Assembly: GCA_963741795.1 (NCBI GenBank)
Contig: CAVUJM010000007.1
Span: 19,092-83,091, forward strand
From: an uncultured Chloroflexia bacterium
Lineage (GTDB): Bacteria > Chloroflexota > Chloroflexia > Thermomicrobiales > UBA6265
Reading direction: 5' to 3'
Length of the DNA: 64,000 nucleotides
In this document: positions 1 to 11,067 of the stretch, piece after piece
How positions within the stretch are numbered: the first letter of the stretch is position 1
Layout of the letters: every line of letters begins with the position of its first letter
Notes under the pieces: model-generated
Told to the model about the DNA's origin: nothing
The model's database searches: none
Seen by the model: only the letters and a program-made list of their open reading frames with translations
Position numbers and translations under genes: made by a program

Positions 1-8
1 CGCAACAG

Positions 9-101
9 GTAGTCCTGGCCCCATGGTGGCCAGGGAGGGTCAGCAGACCCGTGCCTGATCGGGCGCCGTTCCTCTCGCCGACCACTGCGGGCCGGCGCTA
101 C
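9..101. repeat. REPIN-like element: inverted pair of GTAG-tagged palindromes with two inner hairpins
   Basis: Left GTAG-TCCTGGCC-ccatggt-GGCCAGGG; right arm on minus strand GTAG-CGCCGGCC-cgcagt-GGTCGGCG; inner GGGTC-agca-GACCC. Confidence 0.65.
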
Positions 102-126
102 CAAGGTGCTTTGGCGTGCTGGCGGC

Positions 127-1381
127 CTACGGAACGGGCCGCAACAACTCCAGCATCGCGGGCGGGTTGGTGGCAAGGACCGTCCAACTGCCTGGCTGGC
201 CACCGAGGAAACGCACAAGATCATCCAGCGCGCGGGAGATCGAGCCGGCCAGCGACGCGCTCACGCGGACACCGGGCTCAAGGTGAAGCGCTTTCACCGT
301 CAGCACGCCCGTTTTCCGGTTGAACGACGGATCGAGCCGCCCCACGATCTTGCCGCGATGCAGGATCGGCAGCGAGTAGTACCCGTACATCCGCTTCGGC
401 GCGGGCACGTAACACTCCAGCCGGTAGTCGAAGTTCCACAACTGCTCGCCACGGGTCCGGTTCCAGGTCAGGTTGTCGAACGGCGAGAGGAACGTGGTCA
501 GGGTCGGCCACCCCTTGCGCTCGCGCAACCCCTCCAGACGCTCCTGAAGCGAGGCATCCATCCAGACAGGCTCATCGATCCCCTCGACCTCGACCTCAAG
601 CAGTCGCCCTTCGCCGGCAAAGTCCCGCAAAATCCGCCGCGCCTCGGTCGCTGGCACATGCGGACGGCCACCGGTGCGGAAGTAGTCGGTCGCCCATTTC
701 GCGGTCGTGACGCCGAGCGGACGGATCGCGTGGTCGAGGATCAGGCGCCATGCCTCCTCCTGCGGCAACGGAGGGCCGTTCCACAACTCCGGGACAACGC
801 GTTCGGCGAGGTCGAAATGCCGCGCGAAGCCACTGTCCCGCTTGTGAATCATCAGTTCACCGTGGATCCAGAGATAGGTCATCAGGCGGCGTTCGGGCTT
901 ATTCCCCCACCAGTGCCAGGCCGGAAGGCGCTCGGCATCCGGAGGCGACTCGAACTGCCGCGAGGTCATCGGGCCCTCGATGCGCGATACGCTGGAGGAT
1001 CGCGTCGGCGATGGCCCGCTCGTCCGGGTCCGACAGCGGCCCTTTCCCTTCCGACCGGGCGCGCTCCATGTAGGGCCGAAACATGGGGAGCAGCTCGGAC
1101 GGCAGGATGGACGCGGCGTGCACGATATACTCAGTCAGCGCATGGCCGTCCTCATAGAGGCCCGTCACCAGCGCGGGATCGTAGGGCCCAAGTCGGCTCC
1201 AGAGCACGGTCTCGTGCGAGCGCGAAATCACCGAGATGGTATCGAGCTGGATCGTGCCGAGATGCCGGAAGGTATCGAGGATATCCTCCCGTGTCGCGCG
1301 GCGCCGCGAGGGGCGACGGTCCAACCGACTGGCGATCACCGCCAGGGCTTGTGCTTCGGCTTTCGTCAGTCTCACGATCAT
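127..1381 (-). CDS. YcaQ-like winged-helix (HTH_42) crosslink-repair DNA glycosylase; +1 frameshift near 982
   Basis: ORFs 899-1444 and 127-969 join: IQLDTISVISRSH (QxD motif), LSPFDNL, FDYRLECYVPAPKRMYGYYSLP; ATG 1381 with AGGGA RBS; span is 3n+1. Confidence 0.85.
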
Positions 1382-1497
1382 CCTGTCCCTTGGCCTGGGG
1401 CCGGTCCTGTCCAACTCCTGCATCCTACTATCCATTCCGGACATTGTCTGACCGGGTATGCTTGCCGCAGCGTTGACCGTTGTCGTCGGAGACCTAG

Positions 1498-2607
1498 ATG
1501 CGCGTTGCTCTCGTTCACGATTACCTCACACAATATGGTGGCGCAGAGCGCGTGCTGGAAGTCCTTCACTCGATGTACCCGGAGGCCCCGGTCTACACCT
1601 CGTTGTTCGACCCCAGGGGCCTGCCACCCGGGTTCGACCGCTGGGAGATCCACACCAGCGCCCTCTCCCGCGTGCCCGGCGCCGTGCGCGACCATCGCCT
1701 CTGGACCCTGCTCTACCCGGGCATCTTCCGGCGCATCGGCAAGGACCTGGGCGGCACATTCGACGTCGTGATCGCCGACTCCAGCGCGTGGGCGCACCTG
1801 GCCCAGCCGGATGACGGTACGCCGATGATCTGCTACTGCCACTCGCCCGCGCGGTTCCTCTACAACGACGACGACTACCTCGCCGCCGTTCGATACCCGG
1901 CGCCAGTGAAGAAGGCGACGGACGCCGTGTTCCGCGCCTTGCGCGCCAACGACCAGCGCGCCGGTCGCAAGGTCACCCGCTTCGTCGCGAACTCCGAAGA
2001 AGTCCGACGCCGCATCCAACGCACGTGGGGGCAGGACGCCACGGTGATCCACCCGCCCGTCGATGTCGACCGGTTCCGCCCACAGGCGCCCGTCCCGGCG
2101 GAGGACTGGTACCTGGTGGTGTCACGCCTCGTGCCGCACAAGTGGATCGATCTGGCGGTGCGCGCCAGCACGGCGGCGAACGTGCCCCTGAAGGTCATCG
2201 GGGCCGGGCGCGCCGAGCATAGCCTGCGGGAGATGGCCGGCCCGACCGTCGAGTTCCTCGGGGAGCTGGACGACGACGCGGTGGTGTCGTACATGCAGCG
2301 CTGCAAGGCGCTCATCCTGCCCGGCGTCGAGGACTTCGGGATGACGGCCGTCGAGGCGCAGGCCGCGGGTCGTCCGGTGATCGCCGCCGGAGCCGGTGGC
2401 GCGCTGGAGACGGTGATCGACGGCGTCACCGGCCAACACTTCACACCGCACAGCGAGGCTGAGCTCGCCGAGATCCTGCGCGACGGGGACGGGCAGGCAT
2501 GGGATACGGCGGCGATCCAGGAGAACGCGGCACGCTTCCGCCGCGCCGTCTTCGAGGAGAAGATGGCCGCTCTGGTTGAAGAGATCGTCGCCAGCCGACC
2601 CTCGTAG
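1498..2607 (+). CDS. Glycosyltransferase family 4
   Basis: MRVALVHDYLTQYGGAERV N-terminus; EDFGMTAVEAQAAGRPVI GT-B motif. Confidence 0.93.
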   Translation: MRVALVHDYLTQYGGAERVLEVLHSMYPEAPVYTSLFDPRGLPPGFDRWEIHTSALSRVPGAVRDHRLWTLLYPGIFRRIGKDLGGTFDVVIADSSAWAHLAQPDDGTPMICYCHSPARFLYNDDDYLAAVRYPAPVKKATDAVFRALRANDQRAGRKVTRFVANSEEVRRRIQRTWGQDATVIHPPVDVDRFRPQAPVPAEDWYLVVSRLVPHKWIDLAVRASTAANVPLKVIGAGRAEHSLREMAGPTVEFLGELDDDAVVSYMQRCKALILPGVEDFGMTAVEAQAAGRPVIAAGAGGALETVIDGVTGQHFTPHSEAELAEILRDGDGQAWDTAAIQENAARFRRAVFEEKMAALVEEIVASRPS

Positions 2608-2700
2608 TCTCGCACCATATGTGCGAGACATCGGCCGCAGGCCGATACGGGCGCGATATGACCCTTCGGGTCATGTCCCGGACACATGGTCCGGGACTAC
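2604..2700. repeat. Four-hairpin REPIN-like element (GTAG...CTAC)
   Basis: GTAG-TCTCGCAC-catat-GTGCGAGA, ATCGGCC-gca-GGCCGAT, ATGACCC-ttc-GGGTCAT, GTCCCGGAC-acatg-GTCCGGGAC-TAC; same layout at 20493 and 49628. Confidence 0.85.
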
Positions 2701-2712
2701 GAAATCTACACC

Positions 2713-3486
2713 CTAGAAGTAATTCACCGTGATGCCGCCGTCGACGACGAACTGGGACCCGGTCATCCACGACGATTCATCCGACGCGAGGAAGATGCCG
2801 GCGTTGACGATGTCCTCGGCGCGGCCAAAGCGCCCGAGCGGGATGCGGTTGAGGCGCTTGTTCTTCTCCTCCTCGCTTGCGAAGAGGGTCTCCATCAATG
2901 GCGTCAGGATCGGTCCCGGGCAGAGCGCGTTCGCGCGGACGCCGTGCCGGCCATACTGGACCGCCAGCGACCGCGTCAGCGACAGGACGCCGCCCTTGCT
3001 CGCCGTATAGGCGTCCTGCGGCACGGTGCAGCCCATCAGCGCGACGAACGAGGCGATGTTGATCACCGAGCCGCCACCGGCCTCGATCAGCTTCGGGATG
3101 CCATGCTTGCAGACGAGGAAGATGCTCTTGAGGTTGACGTCGATCACGCGGTCGAACGTCTCCTCGCTCGTCTCGATCACCGAGGTATCCTCGTCCGGCA
3201 TGATCCCGGCATTGTTGTAGAGCACGTTCAGCGATCCGAAGCGCTCGACGCTCTCGTCGATGATCCGGCGGACATCGGCGTCGACCGCGACGTCGCCGGT
3301 GACCGCATGGACGCACCCGGCGTCGCCCACTTCCCCCATCGCTTCCCCGATGGCATCGTGCAGCGCGCCTTCGTTGATGTCCGCCGCGATCACCTTCGCG
3401 CCCTGCTCGACGAACATTCGGGTCGCCACGCGCCCCATACCGCTCGCCGCCCCCGTGACCAGGATGACCTTCCCCGCCAATCGCAT
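2713..3486 (-). CDS. Short-chain dehydrogenase/reductase (SDR)
   Basis: TGAASGMG, NNAG, YTASK motifs; ATG 3486 with AAGGAG RBS. Confidence 0.92.
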   Translation of the reverse strand: MRLAGKVILVTGAASGMGRVATRMFVEQGAKVIAADINEGALHDAIGEAMGEVGDAGCVHAVTGDVAVDADVRRIIDESVERFGSLNVLYNNAGIMPDEDTSVIETSEETFDRVIDVNLKSIFLVCKHGIPKLIEAGGGSVINIASFVALMGCTVPQDAYTASKGGVLSLTRSLAVQYGRHGVRANALCPGPILTPLMETLFASEEEKNKRLNRIPLGRFGRAEDIVNAGIFLASDESSWMTGSQFVVDGGITVNYF

Positions 3487-3644
3487 GCGTTGCTCCTTTG
3501 TGCTGGTATCTCGGTTGGATGTTCCACGCATCCTAGCATCGCTGGCCGTTGACAGGAACAACCCCGCCACGGACAATCCGGAGCATCGAATCGGGACCAC
3601 CTATCCGCGCCGTACCTGCCGCATCGCCGGCGAGGGGGAACACC

Positions 3645-5018
3645 GTGCACGCTGGCAAGATCACGATCGAGGAACTGACGTCGGCCATCCGCTCCGGGGA
3701 GATCGATACCGTCATCACCGCCGTCCCGGACATGCAGGGGCGGCTCGTCGGCAAGCGCGTGACGGGGACGCACTTCCTCGACCACTGCCTGGAGCACGGC
3801 ACCCATTTCTGCACCTACCTGCTCGCGACCGACATGGAGATGGAGACGCCGGACGGCTTCCCCGGCCATGACTGGACGACCGGCTACGGCGACTACCTCG
3901 CCAGGCCGGATTGGGGAACGCTGCGCGTCATCCCGTGGCTGGAGCGGACCGCGACTGGTGCTCTGCGATGCCGTCGAGCAGGAATCCGGGGAGACGGTCG
4001 ATGTCGCGCCACGCACGATCCTCCAGCGCCAGGTCGAGCGCGCGGAGGCGATGGGGTTCACCCCCAAGATGGCGACCGAGCTGGAGTTCTACCTGCTTCG
4101 GGAATCGTTCGAGGAGGCCCACGAGAAGGGGTACGCGAACCTGACGCCCTTCGGCTGGTACAACGAGGACTACCACCTCTTCCAGGCGACCAAGGCCGAG
4201 CCGATCTATCGACGTTTCCGCAACGAGATGACGGCGGCCGGCATCCCGGTCGAGTTCTCGAAGGGCGAAGCGGCGGCCGGGCAACATGAGGTGAACATCC
4301 ACTACGATACGGCGCTGGAGGCGGCCGACCGGGCAGTGCTGTTCAAGCACGGCGCGCGGGAGATCGCCTGGCAGGACGGACGCGCCCTGACCTTCATGTC
4401 GAAGCCGCACCAGACGTGGACGGGCTCCAGCGGGCATATCCACATCAGCTTGTGGGACGCTGAGGGCATAGGAGCGGTGTTCCCGCAGGACGAAACGGCC
4501 GGGAGATGAGCGACACGATGCGCTGGTTCCTCGGCGGGATGATCGCCGGCGCGCAGGAGCTTGCGCTGTTCATGGCGAGTACCGTCAACGCCTACAAGCG
4601 CTTCGCGGCGGCGTCGTGGGCGCCGACGAACATCGTCTGGGGACGCGATAACCGCACCTGCGGGTTCCGCGTGGTCGGCTCTGGCCCGGCGTTACGGATC
4701 GAGAACCGGCTCCCGGGCGCGGACAGCAACCCCTATCTCGCCTTCGCGGCTGTCCTCGCGGCCGGGCTGGCAGGCATCGAGCGGAAGATCGAGCCGCCGG
4801 AGGAGTTCCGCGGGAACGGGTACCTGGCGACTGATGCGCCGAAGATCCCGAGCGCGCTGTACAAGGCGATCGCGAACTGGGAGCGCAGCGAGCTGGCGCG
4901 GGAGGTCTTCGGCGAGCGGGTGCATGCGCATTACCTCAACCTCGCCCGCGTCGAGCAGGAGACGTACGACCGCGTGGTGACGGATTGGGAGCGCGTGCGG
5001 TACCTGGAACGAGGATAG
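3645..5018 (+). CDS. Glutamine synthetase family protein (GlnA4-like gamma-glutamyl-amine ligase); frameshifts near 3954 and 4503
   Basis: Three ORF pieces give PDMQGRLVGKR, ELEFYL, GQHEVN, TFMSKP, GSSGHIH, WGRDNRT, IENRLPGADSNPY; GTG 3645 after GAGGGGG. Confidence 0.85.
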
Positions 5019-5032
5019 AACGTTCCTGCCCG

Positions 5033-5057
5033 CGCCACACACAAGGTGCGGCGGTAC
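5033..5057 (-). repeat. Single GTAC-tagged REP-like palindrome
   Basis: Minus strand GTAC-CGCCGCAC-cttgt-GTGTGGCG, matching copies at 37991 and 40348. Confidence 0.7.
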
Positions 5058-5072
5058 GAGAACGTTTGATTC

Positions 5073-5149
5073 GTAGAGCCGGCCCTCGCAGCTGCGGGCG
5101 GTGGCCGGCTTGAGGACAGACGTGAGCCGGCCACAAGGGCCGGCTGTAC
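5073..5149. repeat. REPIN-like element with a GTAG left arm and a GTAC right arm
   Basis: GTAG-AGCCGGCC-(inner hairpin)-gt-GGCCGGCT and AGCCGGCC-acaag-GGCCGGCT-GTAC. Confidence 0.75.
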
Positions 5150-5194
5150 GCGCGAGGGTTTTGCATCCACTTTGCGAGGCCGCAAGGCAGACTG

Positions 5195-5954
5195 CTACCA
5201 GCGCTTACCGGTGAGCTGGCGGAGGCGCATGCGCCAGACCATGAGGGCGGCCTCGATGACGACGCTGCGGGAGAGCTTGGAGGCGCCGGCAACGCGGTCG
5301 TGGAACGTGATCGGGGATTGCCGCCACGTCTTGCCGAGGCGCAAGGCGCGGTAGGTCGTCTCGATCTGGAAACCGTAGCCATCAGAGCGGACGGTATCGA
5401 GGTCGATCGCCTCCAGCGTCTCGCGACGCCAAAGCTTGAAGCCACCGGTGAGATCGCGGATCGGCACGCCGAGGATCAGGCCGGCGTACATACCACCCGC
5501 CCGGCTGATCGCCTTGCGCGGCCACGGCCACCCCACCGTCTCGCCGCCTGGGATATAGCGACTGCCGAGAACGAGGTCGGCGCCGGTCGTGCGCGCGACA
5601 TCGATCATCTTCTGCAGGTCGGCGGCACTGTGCGAGAGGTCGGCGTCCATCTGCGCGATATGCGTGGTGCCCGAGCTCCAGCGCGCGGCGGAAGCCGGCG
5701 ACGTAGGCGCGCCCCAGTCCCTCCTTGCCCTTCCGGTGGAGAACGTGGACTCGCCCGGGATGCTCCCGCGCCATGGCATCGGCCATCTCGCCGGTGCCAT
5801 CCGGGGAGCTGTCATCGACGATGAGCACCTGTGGCGCAGGATCCAGCGCCAGCACAGCGTTCACCTGCTGCTCGATGTTCTCGCGTTCGTTGTACGTGGG
5901 AATGACGACCACGAGGGTCATCGGCTGATCGCTCGCGGAGACCGCCTGGGTCAT
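5195..5954 (-). CDS. Polyprenol monophosphomannose synthase (GT2, Ppm1/DPM1-like); +1 frameshift near 5669
   Basis: VIPTYNERENI, VDDSSPDGT, GKEGLGRAY, then QMDADLSH, DLTGGFK, GYGFQIE in the second frame. Confidence 0.88.
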
Positions 5955-6337
5955 GCCTCGTCGCCGTCTCCGCGCCCGCGCGAGAGCAGGAAGTTCACCT
6001 GCACGAGCAGGGCGTCGACGTCGAACGGCTTGGAGAGCAGCGCGTCGGCCTGCAGCTCGCCGGTGCGGTCACGCAAGGTCCGGCTGGCGGACATGGCGAT
6101 GATCGGCAGGTCCTTCGTCTCCGGCTCGCGCCGCAGGCGGGCGATGAGGGTGCCGCCATCGACGCCAGGCAGCATGATGTCCATCAGGATCAGGTCGGGG
6201 TCCCAGTCGCGGGACATCATCAGGCCCTGGGCGCCGTCTCGCGCGATGGCCACGGTGTAGCCCTCGCCCTTCAGCACCACGTCGATGAGCTGGGCGACGT
6301 CTTCCTGATCTTCGACCACCAGAATTCGTGAGGACAC
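5951..6337 (-). CDS. Single-domain response regulator (CheY-like receiver)
   Basis: ILVVEDQ, DLILMDIMLPGVDG, KPFD; stop overlaps downstream ATG (ATGA). Confidence 0.9.
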   Translation of the reverse strand: MSSRILVVEDQEDVAQLIDVVLKGEGYTVAIARDGAQGLMMSRDWDPDLILMDIMLPGVDGGTLIARLRREPETKDLPIIAMSASRTLRDRTGELQADALLSKPFDVDALLVQVNFLLSRGRGDGDEA

Positions 6338-6516
6338 GTGCTCTATCCCTCGTGACTCGCTGCACGGCGCCCGGCCGACGCCGGTTCTTCCCTTATCGTA
6401 CTGTACGAACGCGATCTTCGCGAGGAAGCCGGACGCTGCGGCCCATGAACGAGTGGACCTATGTCTCGCAGATATCGACCTTCGGCCGATGCATCGCACA
6501 TGCCAGTGCGACGCTA

Positions 6517-7851
6517 TTACGCCTTGCCGGTGTCTTCGAGATCGGCGCCGAGCTCCGTAAGCTTACGAACGAAGTCGGCGTAGCCGCGGTCGATGTGGAA
6601 GACGTCGGTGACCTCTGTCTCCCCCTCCGCGACGAGACCGGCGAGCACAACGCTGACGGCGGAACGAATATCGAGCGACTGGACGCGCGCGCCGTGAAGT
6701 TTCACGGGCCCGTGGACCTCGGCGGAGGTGGCGAGGAACTCGCCATTGTCGCCCCAGCGCTGGACGCGAATATCGGCGCCCATTTTGATCAGCTCGTCGG
6801 TATAGCGCAGGCGGTCCTCGTAGACGCGCTCGTGCACGTGCGCGATGCCCTCGGCCTGCGTCAGGAGCGGCATGAAGGTCGATTGGGAGTCGGTCGGGAA
6901 GCCGGGATACGGCAGCGTCTGGATATCGACGGCCTTCAGCGTCTTGCCGGGACGGACGAGCATCTCGCGGTCACGCATCCAGACGTCGGCGCCCGCCTCC
7001 TTCAGCTTCTCCGTGATCGGCACCATGTGATTCTCGATCACCTGGTCGATCGTCACCTCGCCGCCGGTGATGACGCCGGCGATCGCGTAGGTCGCGGCCT
7101 CCAGGCGATCCGGCAAGACGATCTCCGAGACGCCGGTCAGGCGCTCGACGCCGTGGACGGTGATGAACGGGGTACCGAGGCCGGAGATTCGCGCGCCCAT
7201 CCGGTTCAGCATCTCGCCGAGCCAGACGATCTCGGGCTCCGCGGAGGCGTTCATGATGACCGTCGTGCCGGCGGCCTTGGTGGCGGCCATCATCAGGGCC
7301 TCGGTACCGGTGTGGCTCGGATAGTCCATGTAGATGCGCGCGCCCTGCAGGGCACTGACGCGGGCGTGGATCATGTGCTCGTCGCGCTCGATCTCCGTGC
7401 CCATACGCTCGAAGCCGCGCAGGTGCATGTCGATCGGCCGCTTGCCGATCTGGTCGCCACCGGGGAGCGCGAACGAGATTTCGCCCATGCGCGCCAGCAT
7501 CGGACCCGTGACGACAACGGAAGCCCGCGTGGCGCGGAAGAGGCCATGGGGCGCATTCGTTCGGGTGATGTGCTCGGCGCGAATACGCACGCGCTCATGC
7601 TCGCGCTCGATCTCCACCTCGGCGCCAAAGGCCCGCAGCAACTCCGCCATGGAGAGGACGTCGTCGATCATCGGGACGTTGTTGAGGACAACTTCTTCCG
7701 GCGTCAGGAGCGACGCGGCCAGGGCCTTCAGGGCGGCATTCTTCGCGCCGCTAATGCGGACCCGGCCGCTCAGGGTATGGCCACCCCGAATCTTGAGCAG
7801 TCGCTCGGCGACAGGGGCCTGGGCGGTGGTGGAGTGCGCCGTTCCGGACAT
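6517..7851 (-). CDS. murA: UDP-N-acetylglucosamine 1-carboxyvinyltransferase
   Basis: SGAKNAAL, LPGGDQIGKRPIDMH, PDRLEA, PYPGFPTD, HIDRGY. Confidence 0.95.
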   Translation of the reverse strand: MSGTAHSTTAQAPVAERLLKIRGGHTLSGRVRISGAKNAALKALAASLLTPEEVVLNNVPMIDDVLSMAELLRAFGAEVEIEREHERVRIRAEHITRTNAPHGLFRATRASVVVTGPMLARMGEISFALPGGDQIGKRPIDMHLRGFERMGTEIERDEHMIHARVSALQGARIYMDYPSHTGTEALMMAATKAAGTTVIMNASAEPEIVWLGEMLNRMGARISGLGTPFITVHGVERLTGVSEIVLPDRLEAATYAIAGVITGGEVTIDQVIENHMVPITEKLKEAGADVWMRDREMLVRPGKTLKAVDIQTLPYPGFPTDSQSTFMPLLTQAEGIAHVHERVYEDRLRYTDELIKMGADIRVQRWGDNGEFLATSAEVHGPVKLHGARVQSLDIRSAVSVVLAGLVAEGETEVTDVFHIDRGYADFVRKLTELGADLEDTGKA

Positions 7852-8061
7852 GCAGAAATTCCTCGTGTGGGGTAGCGCCGCGGGATGGCGGCAGGTGTCG
7901 GGCATGCGTGGGCCTGGTGGGGCCCGGACGTGGTCAGTATACCCGCCCGGCCCGGTGGGGCTTGCTTGCCACGACAGAGCTTCTGTTCGGCAAGGCTACC
8001 CTCTTTCACATTTCACGTAGTCCGCAGCAGCGCCATGCGATGGGACGAATGGCTCTCGAAC

Positions 8062-8099
8062 ACAGAACCGGCGATGTCGTGTGACATCGCCGGTTCTGT
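8062..8099 (-). terminator. Strong hairpin downstream of atpC
   Basis: Perfect 17-bp stem ACAGAACCGGCGATGTC/GACATCGCCGGTTCTGT; weak U-tract. Confidence 0.65.
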
Positions 8100-8137
8100 A
8101 TCCCTCTTCCCCGTGGTGTGCGGTGTTGGTGATGGCG

Positions 8138-8566
8138 CTAGACGCGCGTGGCGGCGCCCCGGCCGTTGCCCTGGGCGGCGCGCATGCGCACCTCGGCCTG
8201 CTGGCGGTCGGCGTGCGCCTGGCGCACGGCCTCAGTTGATTCGCGTTGCTCGATGCGCTCACGCGCATGATCGTAGGCGCGACGGGCAGCTTCGAGATCG
8301 ATGTCCGCGACGCGCTCGGCGGTGTCCGCCAGGATGATGACGCGGTTGTACGTCACCTGGATGAAGCCGCCGAACACGACGAAGTGCTCGTCGTGGCCGC
8401 CCTTGCGGATGCGCACCTCACCAGCGTCCAGCGTCGAGATCAGCGACGCGTGGTTCGGCAGGATGCCCAACGTGCCCTCGGTCCCTGGCGCGGAAACGAG
8501 CTCAACGCCGGTATCCTGGTACACGACGCGCTCGCCGGTAACGAGCTCCACACTCAATGTCGCCAT
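8138..8566 (-). CDS. atpC: ATP synthase F1 epsilon subunit
   Basis: EGTLGILPNHASLIS, GGFIQV, ILADTAE; operon position. Confidence 0.95.
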   Translation of the reverse strand: MATLSVELVTGERVVYQDTGVELVSAPGTEGTLGILPNHASLISTLDAGEVRIRKGGHDEHFVVFGGFIQVTYNRVIILADTAERVADIDLEAARRAYDHARERIEQRESTEAVRQAHADRQQAEVRMRAAQGNGRGAATRV

Positions 8567-8636
8567 GTGATGCCTCCCTCGACATGGGGCCGGCGGGCGG
8601 GGCGCTCCCCTGCCCGGCCGGCCTCACGATGGCGAA

Positions 8637-10139
<1,503 letters not shown>

Positions 10140-10165
10140 TCAATGTCGACTCCGGGGCCGGAACG

Positions 10166-11047
10166 CTAGTCCACGCGGAATGCGTTCGCACCAGCGGAGA
10201 TCTCGGCCACCTCGTTGGTGATCTGGGACTGCCGCGCCTTGTTGTACGACAGGTTGAGCTCGTCAACGAGCTCCTTGGCGTTGTCCGTCGCGTTGCGCAT
10301 CGCCACCATCTGGGCCGAGTAGAACGAAGCGATGGTTTCGAGCTGGGCCTGATAAATGAGGACCTCGACGTAGCGCGGGAGGATGGCGTTCAGCACATCG
10401 GGCGCGCTTGGCTCGAAGATGTAGTCCTCATTCGCCGAGGCACGGTCCTCGTCCACCTCCGGGCGCTCGATCGGCAGGATCTGCACCACCTCGGGGGTTT
10501 GGACGAGGGTATTGACGAACTTCGGATAGACCAAATGGACCGCGTCGACCTCTCCCTGAAGGAACATGTCGACGGCGGCCTCGGCGATCGGGCGGGTGTC
10601 CGCCATCGTCGGCTTGTCGCCGAGTTGGATGAACTCCGCGGTGATGTCCCGGCCGGTCTTGGCCAGGAAGTCTCGCCCGCGCTTGCCAACCGCGATCACC
10701 TGCGGGTTTTCCTCGCGGTGCTCGCGGAACCACTGCGCGCCGCGGCGGAACAGGTTCGAGTTCAGCGCGCCGCTCAGGCCGCGATCCGGCGTCATGAAGA
10801 TGACCGCGCTGCGCTCGACCTCCCGCTGCTCGAGCAGCGGGAAGGCTTTCATGTCGTCCGCGTCGAGCTGGGCCGAGGCCAGGTCCGCAAGGACATCCCG
10901 AAGCCGCTCGGAATACGGCCGGCCGGCGGTCACGCGGTCCTGCGCACGCCGCATCTTCGACGCAGCGACCATCTCCATGGCGCGCGTGATCTGCGACATG
11001 TTCTTGACGCTGCGGATGCGGCGGCGGATTTCACGTGGGCTTGGCAT
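10166..11047 (-). CDS. atpG: ATP synthase F1 gamma subunit
   Basis: ITRAMEMVAASK, DRGLSG, NKARQSQITNE. Confidence 0.97.
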   Translation of the reverse strand: MPSPREIRRRIRSVKNMSQITRAMEMVAASKMRRAQDRVTAGRPYSERLRDVLADLASAQLDADDMKAFPLLEQREVERSAVIFMTPDRGLSGALNSNLFRRGAQWFREHREENPQVIAVGKRGRDFLAKTGRDITAEFIQLGDKPTMADTRPIAEAAVDMFLQGEVDAVHLVYPKFVNTLVQTPEVVQILPIERPEVDEDRASANEDYIFEPSAPDVLNAILPRYVEVLIYQAQLETIASFYSAQMVAMRNATDNAKELVDELNLSYNKARQSQITNEVAEISAGANAFRVD

Positions 11048-11067
11048 GATGCCTCATCCTTCCGGGA

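Noticed and set aside
2604-2700. tRNA-like cloverleaf
   Set aside because: No TTCGA T-loop, D-loop, 7-nt anticodon loop or CCA end; it is a symmetric REP-like pair repeated elsewhere.
5017-5066. 8-bp direct repeat AGAACGTT around a REP arm, as a target-site duplication
   Set aside because: Not seen at other copies, and HUH transposases do not usually create duplications; may be chance.
7872-7999. Further REPIN upstream of murA (GTAG...CTAC)
   Set aside because: Stems are too imperfect to fit the 8-bp plus bulged-T pattern; possibly a decayed copy.
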